Below are positions 27,131 to 40,169 of a DNA stretch of 64,000 nt, in pieces. The notes beneath the pieces are model-generated. The model did no database searches and was not told the DNA's origin. It saw only the letters and a program-made list of their open reading frames with translations. Each line of letters begins with the position of its first letter. Position 1 is the first letter of the stretch. The stretch comes from the human T2T-CHM13v2.0 reference genome, Homo sapiens, in the NCBI RefSeq assembly GCF_009914755.1, contig NC_060926.1. One strand, written 5' to 3'. The position numbers and the translations under genes were made by a program.

Positions 27131-27194
27131 AAATTAATAAATCACCCAAGATATTAATCAAGCTCATCCTATGTGTTGTCACTGTTCATGTCAG

Positions 27195-27335
27195 CATTGT
27201 ATGAAGAGTGAATGGGCTTTGGTGACTGAAATGATAGGACTAAATACTGATTCTACCACTAGCTCAGGGCATCTAGGAAAGTCATTAAAAATTTACTCAT
27301 CTGTAAAACAGAGCTCATGCTAACTGCTTTGCTTA
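27195..27335 (+). mobile_element. MIR fragment
   Basis: GAGTGAATGGGCTTTGG..CTCATCTGTAAAA. Confidence 0.6.
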
Positions 27336-28089
27336 TTTTTCTAATTTTGTTCTCTCCATTTCCTAGGACAAACAAACAATGTCAGATAATCTCTTTCTAC
27401 ATATTCTTACTCATTCTGTTTCTCTGAAGTTGCAACTACACATATACTCACACAATTCCTTTGTTAACACTACCTCATTCTCAAGGTCAAATCCAAATTC
27501 TACATCAACGTCTCCCTCCACTGGTTTTCTTCATCTCTGACCCTTCTTTTTCCAGGCCCTGCACGGATGGCATCAAGGTACTTTCATTGACTCTGGCTCT
27601 TCACCTATGACTTCTTATGCCTTTGAGTCTGCCATTTCTTTTTCATGGGATTTTCTCCTGACATTCCTGCATCCCTTTTTATCCAGCTCCTCCTCATGAC
27701 TGAGAAATCATCTCTAGCCTCAACTCCTCTTGGAAGGATTCCAAATCCCAAACCACAGGCAGGGCTAAGCAACCCTCCTTGCTGACTCTTAGGGCTGAAC
27801 CATTTACTCAGTAAAAGAGATGCTCTATTTTGAACTTTCTCAATTTGAACGTTTGGTGCTTTTTCCCTCATTTCTGGCAACATTTCAATGTTTCTTTGCT
27901 TTCTCCTTACTATATCTCTAGATATTTCTTCAGCTATACATGGTCAGATGACTGGAGTTCACTAGAGGTAAGGCTATCCTAAACCTCATTATTCTATGGT
28001 ATCTATTGACAGCGTATGAATGAGTCTGTGAGGCTTATTACCTAATATTAGAAATAAAATAAATCACCGAAAAACTTGAAGCAAAGTAG

Positions 28090-28260
28090 TTAGCAGTTCA
28101 TAGAAAAATCCTGAGTTAGATTCCTGGCTCAGTCTTTTACCAGCCATGTGGCATTGACTGAGCCTCCAAGATGTATGTTCTTTATCTGTTTACATGAAAA
28201 TCATATTTGCTAATTCTTAAAGTTATGTATATAGAGTTATTTCTAAATGACATATAATAA
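28090..28260 (+). mobile_element. MIR fragment
   Basis: CCTGAGTTAGATTCCTGGCTC..ACCAGCCATGTG. Confidence 0.55.
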
Positions 28261-28818
28261 TCACTTAATGATAATTTTATGAGAAACTATTTTCAGCTAC
28301 CTGTTATTTTTACAAAAGAATCACATTAAAAGATGCTGTTAAAACTATGAGAATACATGAGATATAGGTGGTTATTAGTATTTGGCATTCACACCCAAAT
28401 ATCTAATCACTAAAATTATTATTAATAATGAAAATGAGGCAGATGATCATGACATTTATCCCCAAATCTCTAGCACCTTGCACAGTTTCTGGTACGTATT
28501 TAGCTCCCAGAAATAAACACTGAATTGAATTTATGGTAAAATAAATTTTTAGAGGCTTTGATATTCCATTTTTAAGCATCCAATCTATTCTATACACACT
28601 CATATTAGCATATTTATGTGACAATGAAACTATTGCAAACAGAGAGAAGATTATTAGGTTATGGATATTAAGTTAATGGGGAAGATATAAAATATTTAAT
28701 AGCTTGGGCTAGACCACATCTTTTAGAAGAAGAAACTGAGGATGAAAAAATTTCCGTGAACTGCCAGGACACAAAATTTGAGAGGGGCGGAGTTGGAATT
28801 AAAACCCAACCTTTTCTC

Positions 28819-29541
28819 AAGCCAATTAGAATGGCAATTATTAAAAAGTCAAGAAACAACAGATGCTGGTGAAGCTGTGGAGAAATAGGATTGCTTTTAC
28901 ACTGTTGGTGGGAGTGTAAATTAGTTCAACCATTGTGGAAGACAGTGTGGTGATTCCTCAAAGATCTAGAACCAGTAATACCATGACCCAGCAATCCCTT
29001 TACTGGGTATATACCCAAAGGATTATAAATCATTCTACGATAAAGACAAGACACATGCACACGTATGTTTATTGCAGCACTATTTACAATAGCAAAGACT
29101 TGGAACCAACCCAAATGCCCATCAATGAGAGACTGGATAATGAAAATGTGGCACATATACACCATGGAATACTATGCAGCCATAAAAAAGAATGAGTTCA
29201 CATCCTTTGCAGGGACATGGATGAAGCTGGAAGCCATTATTCTCAGCAAACTAATACAGGAACAGAAAACCAAACACCACGTGTTCTCACTCATAAGTGG
29301 GAGTAGAACAATGAGAACACATGGACCCAGGAAGGGGAACATCATACACCAGGGCCTGTCGGGGGTTGGGGGCCCAGGGGAGGGAGGGCATTAGGACAAA
29401 TACCTAATGCATGTGGGGCTTAAAATCTAGATGATGGGTTGATAGGTGCAACAAACCACCATGGTACATGTGTACCTATGTAAAAAACCGGCACATTCTG
29501 CATATGTATCCCAGAACTTAAAGTAAAATAAAATAAAATAA
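28819..29541 (+). mobile_element. L1PA (about PA8-10) 5'-truncated 3' fragment with an ORF2 C-terminal remnant
   Basis: ORF 29065-29394 (MFIAALFTIAKTWNQPKCPS..WHIYTMEYYAAIKKNE) is the L1 ORF2p C-terminus; 3'UTR and (TAAAA)n tail; diverged TSD AAACCCAACCTTT / AAACCCAAGCTTT within an antisense MIR at about 28730-28818. Confidence 0.95.
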
Positions 29542-30944
29542 ACCCAAGCTTTGCCTCCCTAACACAATTTAGCTTTCCTTCATACTTCACCAGACTGATT
29601 TATCTACTCCACATCACCGGATTTTTGCAGGTCTTTCAAAATCTCATTTATGCATCTAGGATAAACTTAAATTTAAATTTAATTTTATGTTAAGCATTGA
29701 TCAAACTTGCAAAGTCCCTCTAAGTATTGTGTTGCTCTTGTTATTGCTGTTGCCCTCTCTCCCCACCTCTAATCCAAATTCCTAATGCTTGGTCTTTCTT
29801 TTTAAACAAAGAACTTGTTTTCATAGAAATGAATCTCTTGTGGATTTTTATGTTATATGTCAAGCTCCCTTATGAATCTATCCAAAACATCCAAAGAATA
29901 AATCCCAGGACAGGAGGAACTTGTATTCACACATCTAATTAACCTTTAATTGTCTATTGTGACTGCTTTGCAGTTCAATAGTTGCTTGATTTTTATTGCC
30001 CGCCTAATTAGTGTGGTTAAAGTGGCTTTTTAAGTCAGATTTTATTATATCAGTTTGCTTACGCAATTTCGGGATACTCCGGGAAGTTCCAATAACATTG
30101 TGATTCTTAAGTGCTATATATGTATACACATTTGTTGTTTGTTTGCTTTTTCTCCTCAGGAAAAAAAGTGCTTTGACCAATTTCTCCCACTAGAGTGTAT
30201 GAGTAGTCTATGAAATTCCTTAATGATAGCAAAAGCCTTTTCATTAATTGTGCATAAATTATCAACACAGCCAGTCAATTCTAATTAATCATTTTTCTAC
30301 CCAATAAACCACCAGATTGACAGATTTAGAATTCTGAAACAAGGGGAGCAGTGAAGGAAACCACCCAAAATACTGCAATTTAAGGCAAACTAACATATAT
30401 GCACATCTCTAAAAATCAGATTCTACAGCTGTAATTTATTAGTGAGTCCATGGAATGTAGCTAATTGAGTATGCATCTATCAGGGGATGGTTAAGATTTA
30501 AAATAATCAATTAGATGTACAAATCTTATTGCATACCATGGATCTTTTTTCTTCTTTTTGTTTGCTGTTTTATTTTCTAAGTAAAGAATAAACTTGCCTC
30601 CAATTATATAATTTGTATTTTCACATGTTAGCATTCTTTTCTTGTTCCACAAACTTTCTAAATTACTGAAAATTATCATGAATGCAATTTAATTTTCTAC
30701 ATACTGAGCACTATGGTTGTCTCTAATATTGGCCACGGTTGTAGTTTCCCTTAGACTCCCTGAGCTCTTGCTTTATTTTCTTTGTCTCTATTCTCTTGGC
30801 TTTAAAATAGAGTTAAGCAGTTTGAATTATTTCTAGATCTCTGTCTCTCTCTGTATTGGAGAGACAAAAGATCTAGTGCTTAGCAGAGTCCTCAACGCAT
30901 CACTAATAGTCAAAGTATTCAGTGGCAATTGCCCTGTGTATGAA

Positions 30945-31200
30945 AACAGCAGTGCAATACAGAGTAAAAGTACTGGGGCATGCTGTCTCTTGCACAGAAC
31001 AGGAACCAAGAGTAATGGGTTCTATTCCCTACTCTATGTTTGATTTACTGGTTAGCCTTGGGCATACGATGCTTCTTACCCTTTCAATGCGTTATTCTTT
31101 CCATCTGGAAAACAAAGATAATTGTACTTGTAGGGAGGGAAAAGGGAGAACCTGACATAAATTAGTTTGGATAGAAATTATTTGCAAGATTCAAAAATGA
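30945..31200 (+). mobile_element. MIR SINE
   Basis: GGGTTCTATTCCC..AGCCTTGGGCA..CCATCTGGAAAA. Confidence 0.6.
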
Positions 31201-31532
31201 TTCTGAAATGTAATCCATTCCACATTTATTGGGCATTTCCTATGTTCTAACAATTGTGCTGAGTGCTAAAGAATACAGAGTTTGCCATTACATTGGTGCT
31301 CATTATCTGATAAGGTGTAGCCATATAATGGTAATTATAATATAATGTGAAAAGTTAATATTGATGAGCCCAACTATCTATTTCTAGCAGAGAGAACTGA
31401 ACTAAAATTTATTTGAAACATCTTCTGTAACTGTTGGCTCATCATAAATCAAAGTGAATTGCATTTATAAGGATAGTTTGTCTATTAGTAATCTGAATGA
31501 AGGAAGACAGGGAAAGACATCTGGAAAATTAC

Positions 31533-32050
31533 CACAGTAGACTGGATTATCGCTTGTAACTCTTTCTTCCCCATTGTGAAAGAATTACACATGAATTGTC
31601 TTTACCACTTGACTTTGTAGCGACTCCCATTACAATTGACAGAGTGTGCATCCGTCTTCCATTGACTGTGGTTTTGGTGTAATGACTTGCTGTACCCAGT
31701 GGAATACGTTGGGCCAATGAGGAGACATTGCACCAGTTCTGAGTTGAGTCTTGAAGAGTCATGGGAAGTTTCTGCCAGCCTGATGGGATTTCCTACCATT
31801 TGCCAGGACAAGATCATGCTTCAAGTAGCTTTGCTCCTTGGCTTATGATAAGAACAAAGAAATGCTGCACAGACTGAACTCCACCAAAAGCCTGGATTCC
31901 AGTCTAACCCAGATGATACCAGTCTAGACCAGCTGACCCTCAGAAACACTTAGGAGAACAACATAAATGCTGTTGCTGTAACCTTTGCAGACGTGGGGAC
32001 TGTTTGCTCACAACATTATCACGGTTAAGGAAAGAAGCTGGTTAATAAAA
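31533..32050 (+). mobile_element. MLT1 (H-like) ERVL-MaLR LTR
   Basis: GACTTGCT..CCAGTGGAAT, CCAGTTCTGAG, ATAAATGCTGTTGCTGTAA..GGGGACTGTTTG 3' end. Confidence 0.75.
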
Positions 32051-32079
32051 CATCTTTTTGTAAACTCAAACAAAATTAT

Positions 32080-32915
32080 TGACTAAGGAAGTGGTCATCA
32101 ATAAATGATAAAACTATTAGGTGAGAGGTTGATGGGAAATTGAGTCTTTACATGGTGTCAGACTGTAACTCCACAGTTTCTTGCCAGGCAGAGAGAACAG
32201 ACATAACATCAATGGAGAGATCAAGCTTTCACTACCTTAGTACAGTGAGTCACTAATTATGTGACAACCAGACACCATAATACAGCATATGATGACACAT
32301 CAACTTCTCAGCATGACCTATGAAGTGTTTTTGCCAAAAGTGATTAACCTGAAATTAGCAGAGTCCTAGGTCCCAACTCTCCCTTTACAGGAAATACAAG
32401 GGATAGAGATAGAAATTAAATACCACCAGTTAACATCAGAAAAATTCATCAAGCACACGTTCTATAAGACAACTGACTGGTTACTTCAACAAGTCAATGT
32501 TACAAAAAGAAAAAGTGACAAAGGAGTGGAAAAAACCATATTACAATGCAATGTGTGATTCTAGAGTGGATCCCAGTTTGAATGAAAACAGCCGAGAAAG
32601 ACACTGGAAGACAATTGAGGACATTTACGTATGGGTCAGCTTTTAGAATCACTCAGAAATTATTATATGGTTAGGCTTAATATACTTAATATAGTATTGT
32701 AGTTAGTAGAAAACTGTCCCAACTTTTAGACATGTATAAGGAATTATTTAGAGTTTATAGCTTATATGTAAATAATTGACTTGAAATTACATAAAAACAG
32801 ATACTAAAATTATGGCAAAGATGTTAATGCTGATTAAATTTGGAGAAAATATATTAAATGTTTATGATTCTATTCTTTCTAAATTGTATATGTTTGAAAA
32901 ATTCTAAAATAAAAA
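32080..32915 (+). mobile_element. Old L1 (L1MC/ME) 3'UTR
   Basis: TTGCCAAAA..TTAACCTGAA, TTTACAGGAAATACA, AATGCAATGTGTGA, terminal TGTATATGTTTGAAAAATTCTAAAATAAAAA. Confidence 0.8.
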
Positions 32916-34748
32916 TGACCAGTGGCAGTGTACTTAGGACTCATGCTAAAATCATTTGAGATGTCACTCTGTGTGCAATCTGGCCCTATGTTTAGTGTTG
33001 TTTTTAGTGTTCTCCAATTATTTCACTCATTTAAAGGCTGTATCCAGAAGGGGTCAGTAAGCTGCATAAAGATAAGCACCAAGTTTTATACTTGTTTTCA
33101 CTTAGCCCAAACACTCAGTGGGTATGCGAGTAAATTCATTCCATTAAAGATGATAGAAAGGACTTTCTTTTCATTATTTGCTATTACATTATGTGACTAT
33201 TTATTGCCCTCCTTTGTTCTTATCAGAGGAAGCAGAGACTCTGGTTGTGTGTCTCCTTATCCTATGAATTAGTTGATTAAATCAGTCCAGGCAGTACCCA
33301 CTTGAAGCAATCATGAAGCCAGTCAACCGGCTGGTTAGAGCTAGTCAGAGATCACCCACCACCACTGCTCCAGATTTTCTCTACATGTCAGATAATACAG
33401 AATGGAAGAAAACAGACTGTGTGTTTAAATACCAAATGGGTCCACGCAGTGTATTTTTTAGGTCTCCATGATGGGCCAAATATATTTAGAAAGGAGAACA
33501 TTATGACTTAAATATGTATCAAGAAGCTCTCAACCTTGGTTTCAGTAATAAAAAGGTGTCCATCATGTTAATATCATTGGATTAATTGCACCACTTTTTT
33601 TTGAATCCTCTAATCAAATGTCTCATGCTTGTCATGTAATTGTTGAAATACCAGACTTGATTGACAGATATTGCAAATTCCCCAAGGGTAAATGTTTCCA
33701 AAGGAAAACATAGTCATTTCAATACAGCAATTAATTATAAACAGCCATTAATGACAAGTACACAGGTCTCTCTCTCAACACAGAGGTCAGAAAAGTAAGG
33801 TTTTTCCTGAAAGAGATGAAAAGTTGTGGTTACCATCATACAGATATAATTTTTCAAAATATTAATGAAAATGATACAATCATTTATTTTCACCCACCAC
33901 ATTTCAGGAAACACACTCAATACTCTAAGCATATTTTTTAACAGGGTTGTTGGTGTGGGGAGGCGGTGCTTTTGACTAAAAGTCTTGTATGCTAGCAACA
34001 TTATTTTAAATAATAATACTAATAATAGTTCAGGTGGGGATTAAAATATAATCAAAACAAAAGTAACAAATCAGTAAGTTGGTAACATGTGAACTGAAGC
34101 CTTACATGGAAGACTACATTTTTCAATGGTTTTTTGTTTTCTTGGAAGGGCATTAGGTAAATTTAGCATCAGATGTCATCAGTATAAAATAATGTAAAAT
34201 ATTGAATCAAATACCCTGAGAATTCAAGGCAGAAGTAGCACTATATACATATATAAGAGAAAGAAAGGGAGCAGGGCGGCTTTGCGTTGTAATTGTCTGG
34301 ATGAAAGTCGTAATTTCTACATCACTCTTAATGTACAGAATTAAGGTCCAGAGTCAAGTCTGGACATTATCAGGAATTGCCACTACTGATTAGCAATAAT
34401 ATTTAACAAGGAAGCAATGGACCACACATGGGAAAGGAAAGACACTGTTGTGAAATGTTGACAGGAATTTATTTCTTGTCCGCAAAACTGGCCGAATGAT
34501 TTATATATTGTAGTTAGGAATCAGACGAGAACCTTATGACAATTGGGAACAGTATGGATTATGATGAGGAAACAGGAAGCGTTTCAGAATATGTTATCCA
34601 CATGTATTATAAGGGTGACTTTTAAGGAAAAAAAGAAGTAAACTTTTCAGTGGCAGTTTAGAAACAGTTGAAAACATGCAAATACAGTTAACAGTAAGCA
34701 CAGACATATTTAAGTCAAAGCTAGAAGTATTTTAAAGAACCTAAATAT

Positions 34749-34772
34749 CTATATGTGTGTGTATATATATAC

Positions 34773-34808
<36 letters not shown>

Positions 34809-34820
34809 ACACACATATAG
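34749..34820. repeat. Compound (TG)n/(TA)n/(CA)n microsatellite
   Basis: Read directly. Confidence 0.95.
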
Positions 34821-36739
34821 TGAGAGAGCCAGGTGAAATCCAAACATCAGAATGTCTTCAACATTTTTCCAGACATCAAAATACTCGAACAATTTTGCCT
34901 CATGCATCAAAAATAAGAATTCTATCTTGTCTCTCTTCCCACTCCAAACCACAACTCTGAAAGGATTTTCCAAAAAATTGCTTTTATCATGTTACACCTG
35001 AACCAGATAAAATAAAATAAAATTAAATTAAAATAAGCATTGATGGCAGCATATCTCACCACTCTACCACATCAGGTCTATGATCGCCAGGTAGGGCTCT
35101 ATTCCAACATGCTTGTCAATATATGATTCTCTTAAACTCTATATGAATACATTTTCTTCAGTTTCTACTTGCAGTTCTTCTGCAGGGGGCTCAGATTAAA
35201 GGATCTGGGTGGAGGGACAATTTCTATAAATATCATCTTTATCACCCCATCCCTACTGGCACCACATTCACTCCTGTTACTACTAATACTACGATCATGA
35301 AGCTTACTTTTAAAATTTGAACTAGCTTTCTCCAATCCTTTCAACTTTAGCCAAAAATAAAAGCCTCATAACAAACTGACCCATTAGGGAGGTTCATCAA
35401 TTATTACTTAAAAAGGTCCTAAAAATCTCGGTTTAAGTTGGAATTCCTTCTACAACTTATTATGTTAAATTTAATTGTTGACATGCTCATCTTTTTTTAT
35501 TAGACTATAAAATTTCAATGGCAGAAATTATGTGTTGTTAATTTCTCTTCCTCAGTGCCCAGCTAATACTTAGGAAAGCATGTTATATAAAACAACAAGT
35601 CATCAACAGGCATATATGTTACAAAAAAACTCAAGGCAAGGAAAATAAAGAAACACAAGTGGGTTTTTGGCATGTCATTTTCAGGAAAAAGCAGTGAGTA
35701 GATCGGTTTTTCTAAAATGAAGCCCTCTGAGTTGGCATGTAGAGAGAGAAAGAATTGAGGTGGCTGTTAGGATGTTGCCTACAGGCTGTTAATTATCGCC
35801 TTATTTGAAATAATCATTTTACTATTCAGAACATTAATTTAATTTTAATGGACTGACATTATGATGGTTTAATTGAGGTTAAACAGTGAAGTCTTATATT
35901 TAATTAAAAGTAAAAAAACCTATTATAGAGTATTATAAAAACCCTGTATGTGCCTGCCAATTTTTACCCCAAGAATTAGCTAGAAACTCTCTTTTCAATT
36001 GACAGTGAAAATTTGTTCTGCAATATCTATTTGGTTTTACGTATTTGTTTTAAAGAGTATATTCAGAGAGTTTCAGAGAAAAGTACTAGGCCAATTAATT
36101 GGCAAATTCAAAACTTCAGAGTTTTGGCCCTGCCCTTCAGCCCCACTGCAAAAACCTTTATCTATACTTATAATGGACTTTTCACTGCAGCTGAACAAAA
36201 ATGCCGCATCTTGGTACCTTATGCATGATTTTCTTATCCTAAGATATCTGTGTATAGCTTAGAAGCTTTGTCTTTTGACAGTAACTACATGACATTCATC
36301 GAATCTGGTGGAATTGGTAAAATAAGAATATTGTATCTCTACCAAGAGAGTATCAGTGACTAAATCTTATTTTTCAATTTTAAGTCATTATTAAGATCCT
36401 AAGAAAAGCCCAGCCAAAATATGGAGACAGATAAGAAGCTCTGTGGGGTTCTGAGAGAAGAGATGAAGCTGGCCCAACCATTGTCTGATTTTTTTGCTCT
36501 CCACTGAGAATGAAACACATGGAAATAGGATTGAAAATGAAACAAGAATCAGCATTGGACTAACACAGCTGGATGTTAGGCAAATGCTTATTATGTGTAG
36601 TGTTTACTTTTCCAGAGGAGAGGGAGACAGTTGTAATACTTAAGAACCAAACTTCTAGAAATCAAACATAATTCTATTTATGCTTCTCCATCCCCCAAAC
36701 AGTAAAGCTCACCTTTGTTAATGTTTCTTGCTTTCTCAA

Positions 36740-36932
36740 CTGTGTTTCTTGCACTGTGCTAATATGCCTTTTATCTACACTATGTTATTTAATTCTTTTA
36801 TCCACCATGTAAGTCCCTCACTACAAGTTCTATAAGGCTGTGTAATTTGCCCAAATTCACACAGATTCTAAATGGTGAATATTGGGCTCATATCCAGGTC
36901 ATTCCCCAAAGTCTAACCTCTTAATGACTATT
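36740..36932 (-). mobile_element. MIR fragment
   Basis: GTAATTTGCCCAAATTCACACAG..AAATGG..CCAGGTC. Confidence 0.6.
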
Positions 36933-37564
36933 TCACCTGCTAATGAATATTCCTACATTAAATTATAATACTTCATTGCAAGTAGGTTTTTTGTGTGTGA
37001 CTGAATCCAGTGGAGTTAAAAGGGATCTTCAAAAGGCACTCCGAGCACCCTTATAGTTTCAGCAAAATGACATGAAACCTCTCTCCTTGTACCTCTCAAA
37101 ACTCTCCTCCTCTCTAAATAAATAAATAAATGGATAGAGGTTTTTTCATTTTATAGCACAACTTTCTTTAGTTAACCATTCCAATATTTATTACCTCTTC
37201 TGCTTGTGCCTGCCTCCTTGTGTGTAATTCAATACCCTCAAAATGCAATTTGATTCAAACAGCTGGTCCAGGGATGCAAAGTGCCTGTCTTATTCTGGGT
37301 TGAGCGAGTGACTAGCCCTGGGCTGGCTGCTGTGGCAGGGCACAAAGAAATGACCTCAGCCCATAAGGAGCTTAAAAACTAGTAGATAAAATGAGGCATT
37401 TACACATTCAGCATATAGAGGCTATATTGCCTGTGTGTAATGAAGTGGTAAGTTGAGTAATAGACTAATACTAACCAGATTTCAGACAGCCCACTTGAAG
37501 AGACAGGAGTAGCTGAGGGTGTCTTCCTAAATGAGATGAACCCATCATTGGCCTTGAAGAAAAC

Positions 37565-37765
37565 TAGCTTTTATTGAATGCTCTCTATTTGGCAGAAAGC
37601 GTGGTATATGGTAGATACTTCACTTATACTTGCTTATTTGATCTTCACAAAATGAGCATTATTATCTTTTTATAGTTTATAGAAAATATGGTTCAAAAGA
37701 AAGTATTGACTGTGTAAATCCACACAGTAAGTTTTTGAATTAGGCCCTGTCCAACTTATCTGAAT
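37565..37765 (-). mobile_element. MIR fragment
   Basis: TTTATTGAATGCTCTCTAT..TTATTTGATCTTCACAA. Confidence 0.6.
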
Positions 37766-37768
37766 CTG

Positions 37769-37814
37769 TCCATCTATCCATCCATCCCCATCCATCTATC
37801 TTTTTTTTTTTTTT
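37769..37814. repeat. Imperfect (TCCA)n followed by poly(T)
   Basis: Read directly. Confidence 0.7.
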
Positions 37815-38099
37815 GCTTTTTGCATTACTTTACAATTGCCTCCATGATTGTTATATCTTGTGCAGTAATATTTACAATTTCTTGCACAGAATCCGTTGCT
37901 TTTTTGCTAATAGCTCTTCTGCTTTTCTTTGTAGGACTGTCCCACCTCAGTTCTCAATGTGTGTTCTTCAGGTAGGGCTGAAATCTTCCCATCAACTCTA
38001 GGGGTGAACAATCAGCAAAATAAGCCTCGCTGAACACAGCGATTATTTCAGCTGGTATAATTGGTCATTTATGTGTGTTGAGAGAAAAGGGCCTTCTTT

Positions 38100-38345
38100 C
38101 TGTTAAGGATCTCAACTCTGAAAATAGGAGTCCATGGTTTTTAGTTGCCACCTTGCTACCGAAAAATGAGAGGGTATTTGAGAAAGACATCATCAGAGAA
38201 AAAGCAAATGTCAAGTGACAGGGACAGAAAGATTTGGGCACTAGCATTTGCTTGCCTGGTCATGCATAAATTAACTTTTTATTTTTGTCTCAACCAGTTG
38301 GATTTGATGTTCTGCCATATAAAATCAAATGAGCCCAGGCTTACA
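38100..38345 (+). mobile_element. Old MaLR/ERVL LTR 3' fragment
   Basis: GCCACCTTG..ATAAATTAAC..CCAGTTGGATTTG..TTCTG ending in TTACA. Confidence 0.45.
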
Positions 38346-39329
38346 TGGAGGGTATTCCAAGAGGGGTTGACAATTTGGAGGTGACAGGATGAACCAAGGT
38401 TAATGATGAGGAAAATGACACGTTTTAAATGAAGGCATTAAAAATGTAAGGCTAAAGTGAAGTAGAGGTGTTACATAGGAGACAGTAGAGCCCAAATCCC
38501 TTGCACTAGCTTTCATTCTTTGCAATAAAGGAGAATTCGGTTGACCCATGAGGATGGTGCAGTGACATTTAAAGCACCACAGCAAAAATGCACTGAATAT
38601 TAAATGCACTGTAGAAATAATGTGCATCGTATGTTTGTGATAAAAAGAAAGATAAATATAATTGTAGAGACTCTATCACAAATAGAAAATCTCCTGTGAA
38701 ATACACTTATAGAAACGGTCAATGTTTTATGCATATTAAAACATTCTCCAAGATGATACAACTGCCAGCAGCACCATAGTTCATTTTAAAAGACAAATAC
38801 ATTCTAAAAATAAAATAAAACTAGCAAACACATTATTTGTTCAAATAGTATTTTGAGGTCAACCAAGATGCACTTCTAGTTCCTTGCAATTTGAGGGATT
38901 TTTATAAAACAGACTTTCAATTGAGATTTTGAGAAACACCAAGGCAAGTTAAAATCTTCATGACTTTATTCAACAAAAAGGTGGCAGCAATTTTTTAAAT
39001 TTTGTGTGAAAAGTCCTACAACAGCAAAAATGACCTATAAAATAGTTCAAATAACAGCCTCATGGCAAAATGACTTTTTCATTCTCCTAAGAAAAGTCAA
39101 ACAAAGTATAAATCTATTCAAACAGATGGACTTAAATTGCAAGCATTAATTCAATTCAAACTTTGGTGCATTGTCTAAAAATCGCTGTTGAGAAATAGCT
39201 TTAAGTCTGAATTATCAAAATTAGTAATTAAAATTCCTAAAACAATCCAATTCAACAGTTACTGAGCAATTACTATGTGCCTTACTCTATTTAGTATTTA
39301 AAATACAAATAAAATTCATCCAGTCCACC

Positions 39330-39480
39330 AAGGAATGGCCTTAGTATCCTCGTCTGTCATATAGGAATGATGATGGTACTCATAGGATTGTTAGAATGAG
39401 TAAATTAGTTTAATATACATAAAACACTTAAACAGTGACTGGAGCTTGACAAATACTCTTTAGAGGGTCATTATTATTGC
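39330..39480 (+). mobile_element. MIR fragment
   Basis: CCTTAGTATCCTCGTCTGT..TCATAGGATTGTT..GAGTAAAT. Confidence 0.75.
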
Positions 39481-39489
39481 TCTGTGAAT

Positions 39490-39770
39490 AGGTATATTCA
39501 CAAAACTGTGGAAGCATTGAAGAGGTAATGGTTAGTTCTGTCTTGGGACTAGAAAAGTCTTCACCAAGAATAAATAATTTAAGTAAACCTTTAAGGATGA
39601 GTAGAAGTTCACTAAATGAAAAAGTGTGGGTGGCCTCTCTAGGGAGAGACTGATGGGTCAAAATTCTAGAGCCACAGTAGAACTTGATATGTTCAGGAAG
39701 TGATGAACAGGCTGCATTTGATTTGAAAGGGTACTGGAATTTTATTCTCTAGGGCATAGGGGATAATCAA
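39490..39770 (-). mobile_element. L2 fragment
   Basis: CCTTTAAGGATGAGTAGAAGTT, TGTTCAGGAA antisense L2 motifs. Confidence 0.55.
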
Positions 39771-40169
39771 ATTTGTCTTTTTTGGCAGACTAGTGGTATA
39801 ACAAGAATTAGTTTTAAAGTTGCCCCTAAATTATCATGTGAATATTATCATGTGAATATACATGAGTAGCATCATATGAAATTAGAAGCACCTGGCTTCA
39901 AACCCCATCTGTCACTTAGTGACTTCTCTTTCCTGAAAATATAAATAATAATACTTAATTTGGAGACCTTTCACTTAAAAGAGACATTTTTAGACTCCCA
40001 TCATGTGGCAGGCACTCTGTGGTGCTTTTCTATATATATGGTGATAAGTATATAAGATTTTTATATTATAAAAGTGTCAGACAATATGATTACTAATGTG
40101 TTAATATCCATTTTAAAGTTTTTTGGTTTAATTAATAAACATCAGGCTTGGTTACACTCATTAATGAAA

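Noticed and set aside
29065-29394. 109-aa ORF as a gene
   Set aside because: It is the L1 ORF2p C-terminal remnant of a 5'-truncated element.
30135-30205. Splice-acceptor-like TTTTTCTCCTCAG
   Set aside because: No strong downstream donor or meaningful frame; such signals are common by chance.
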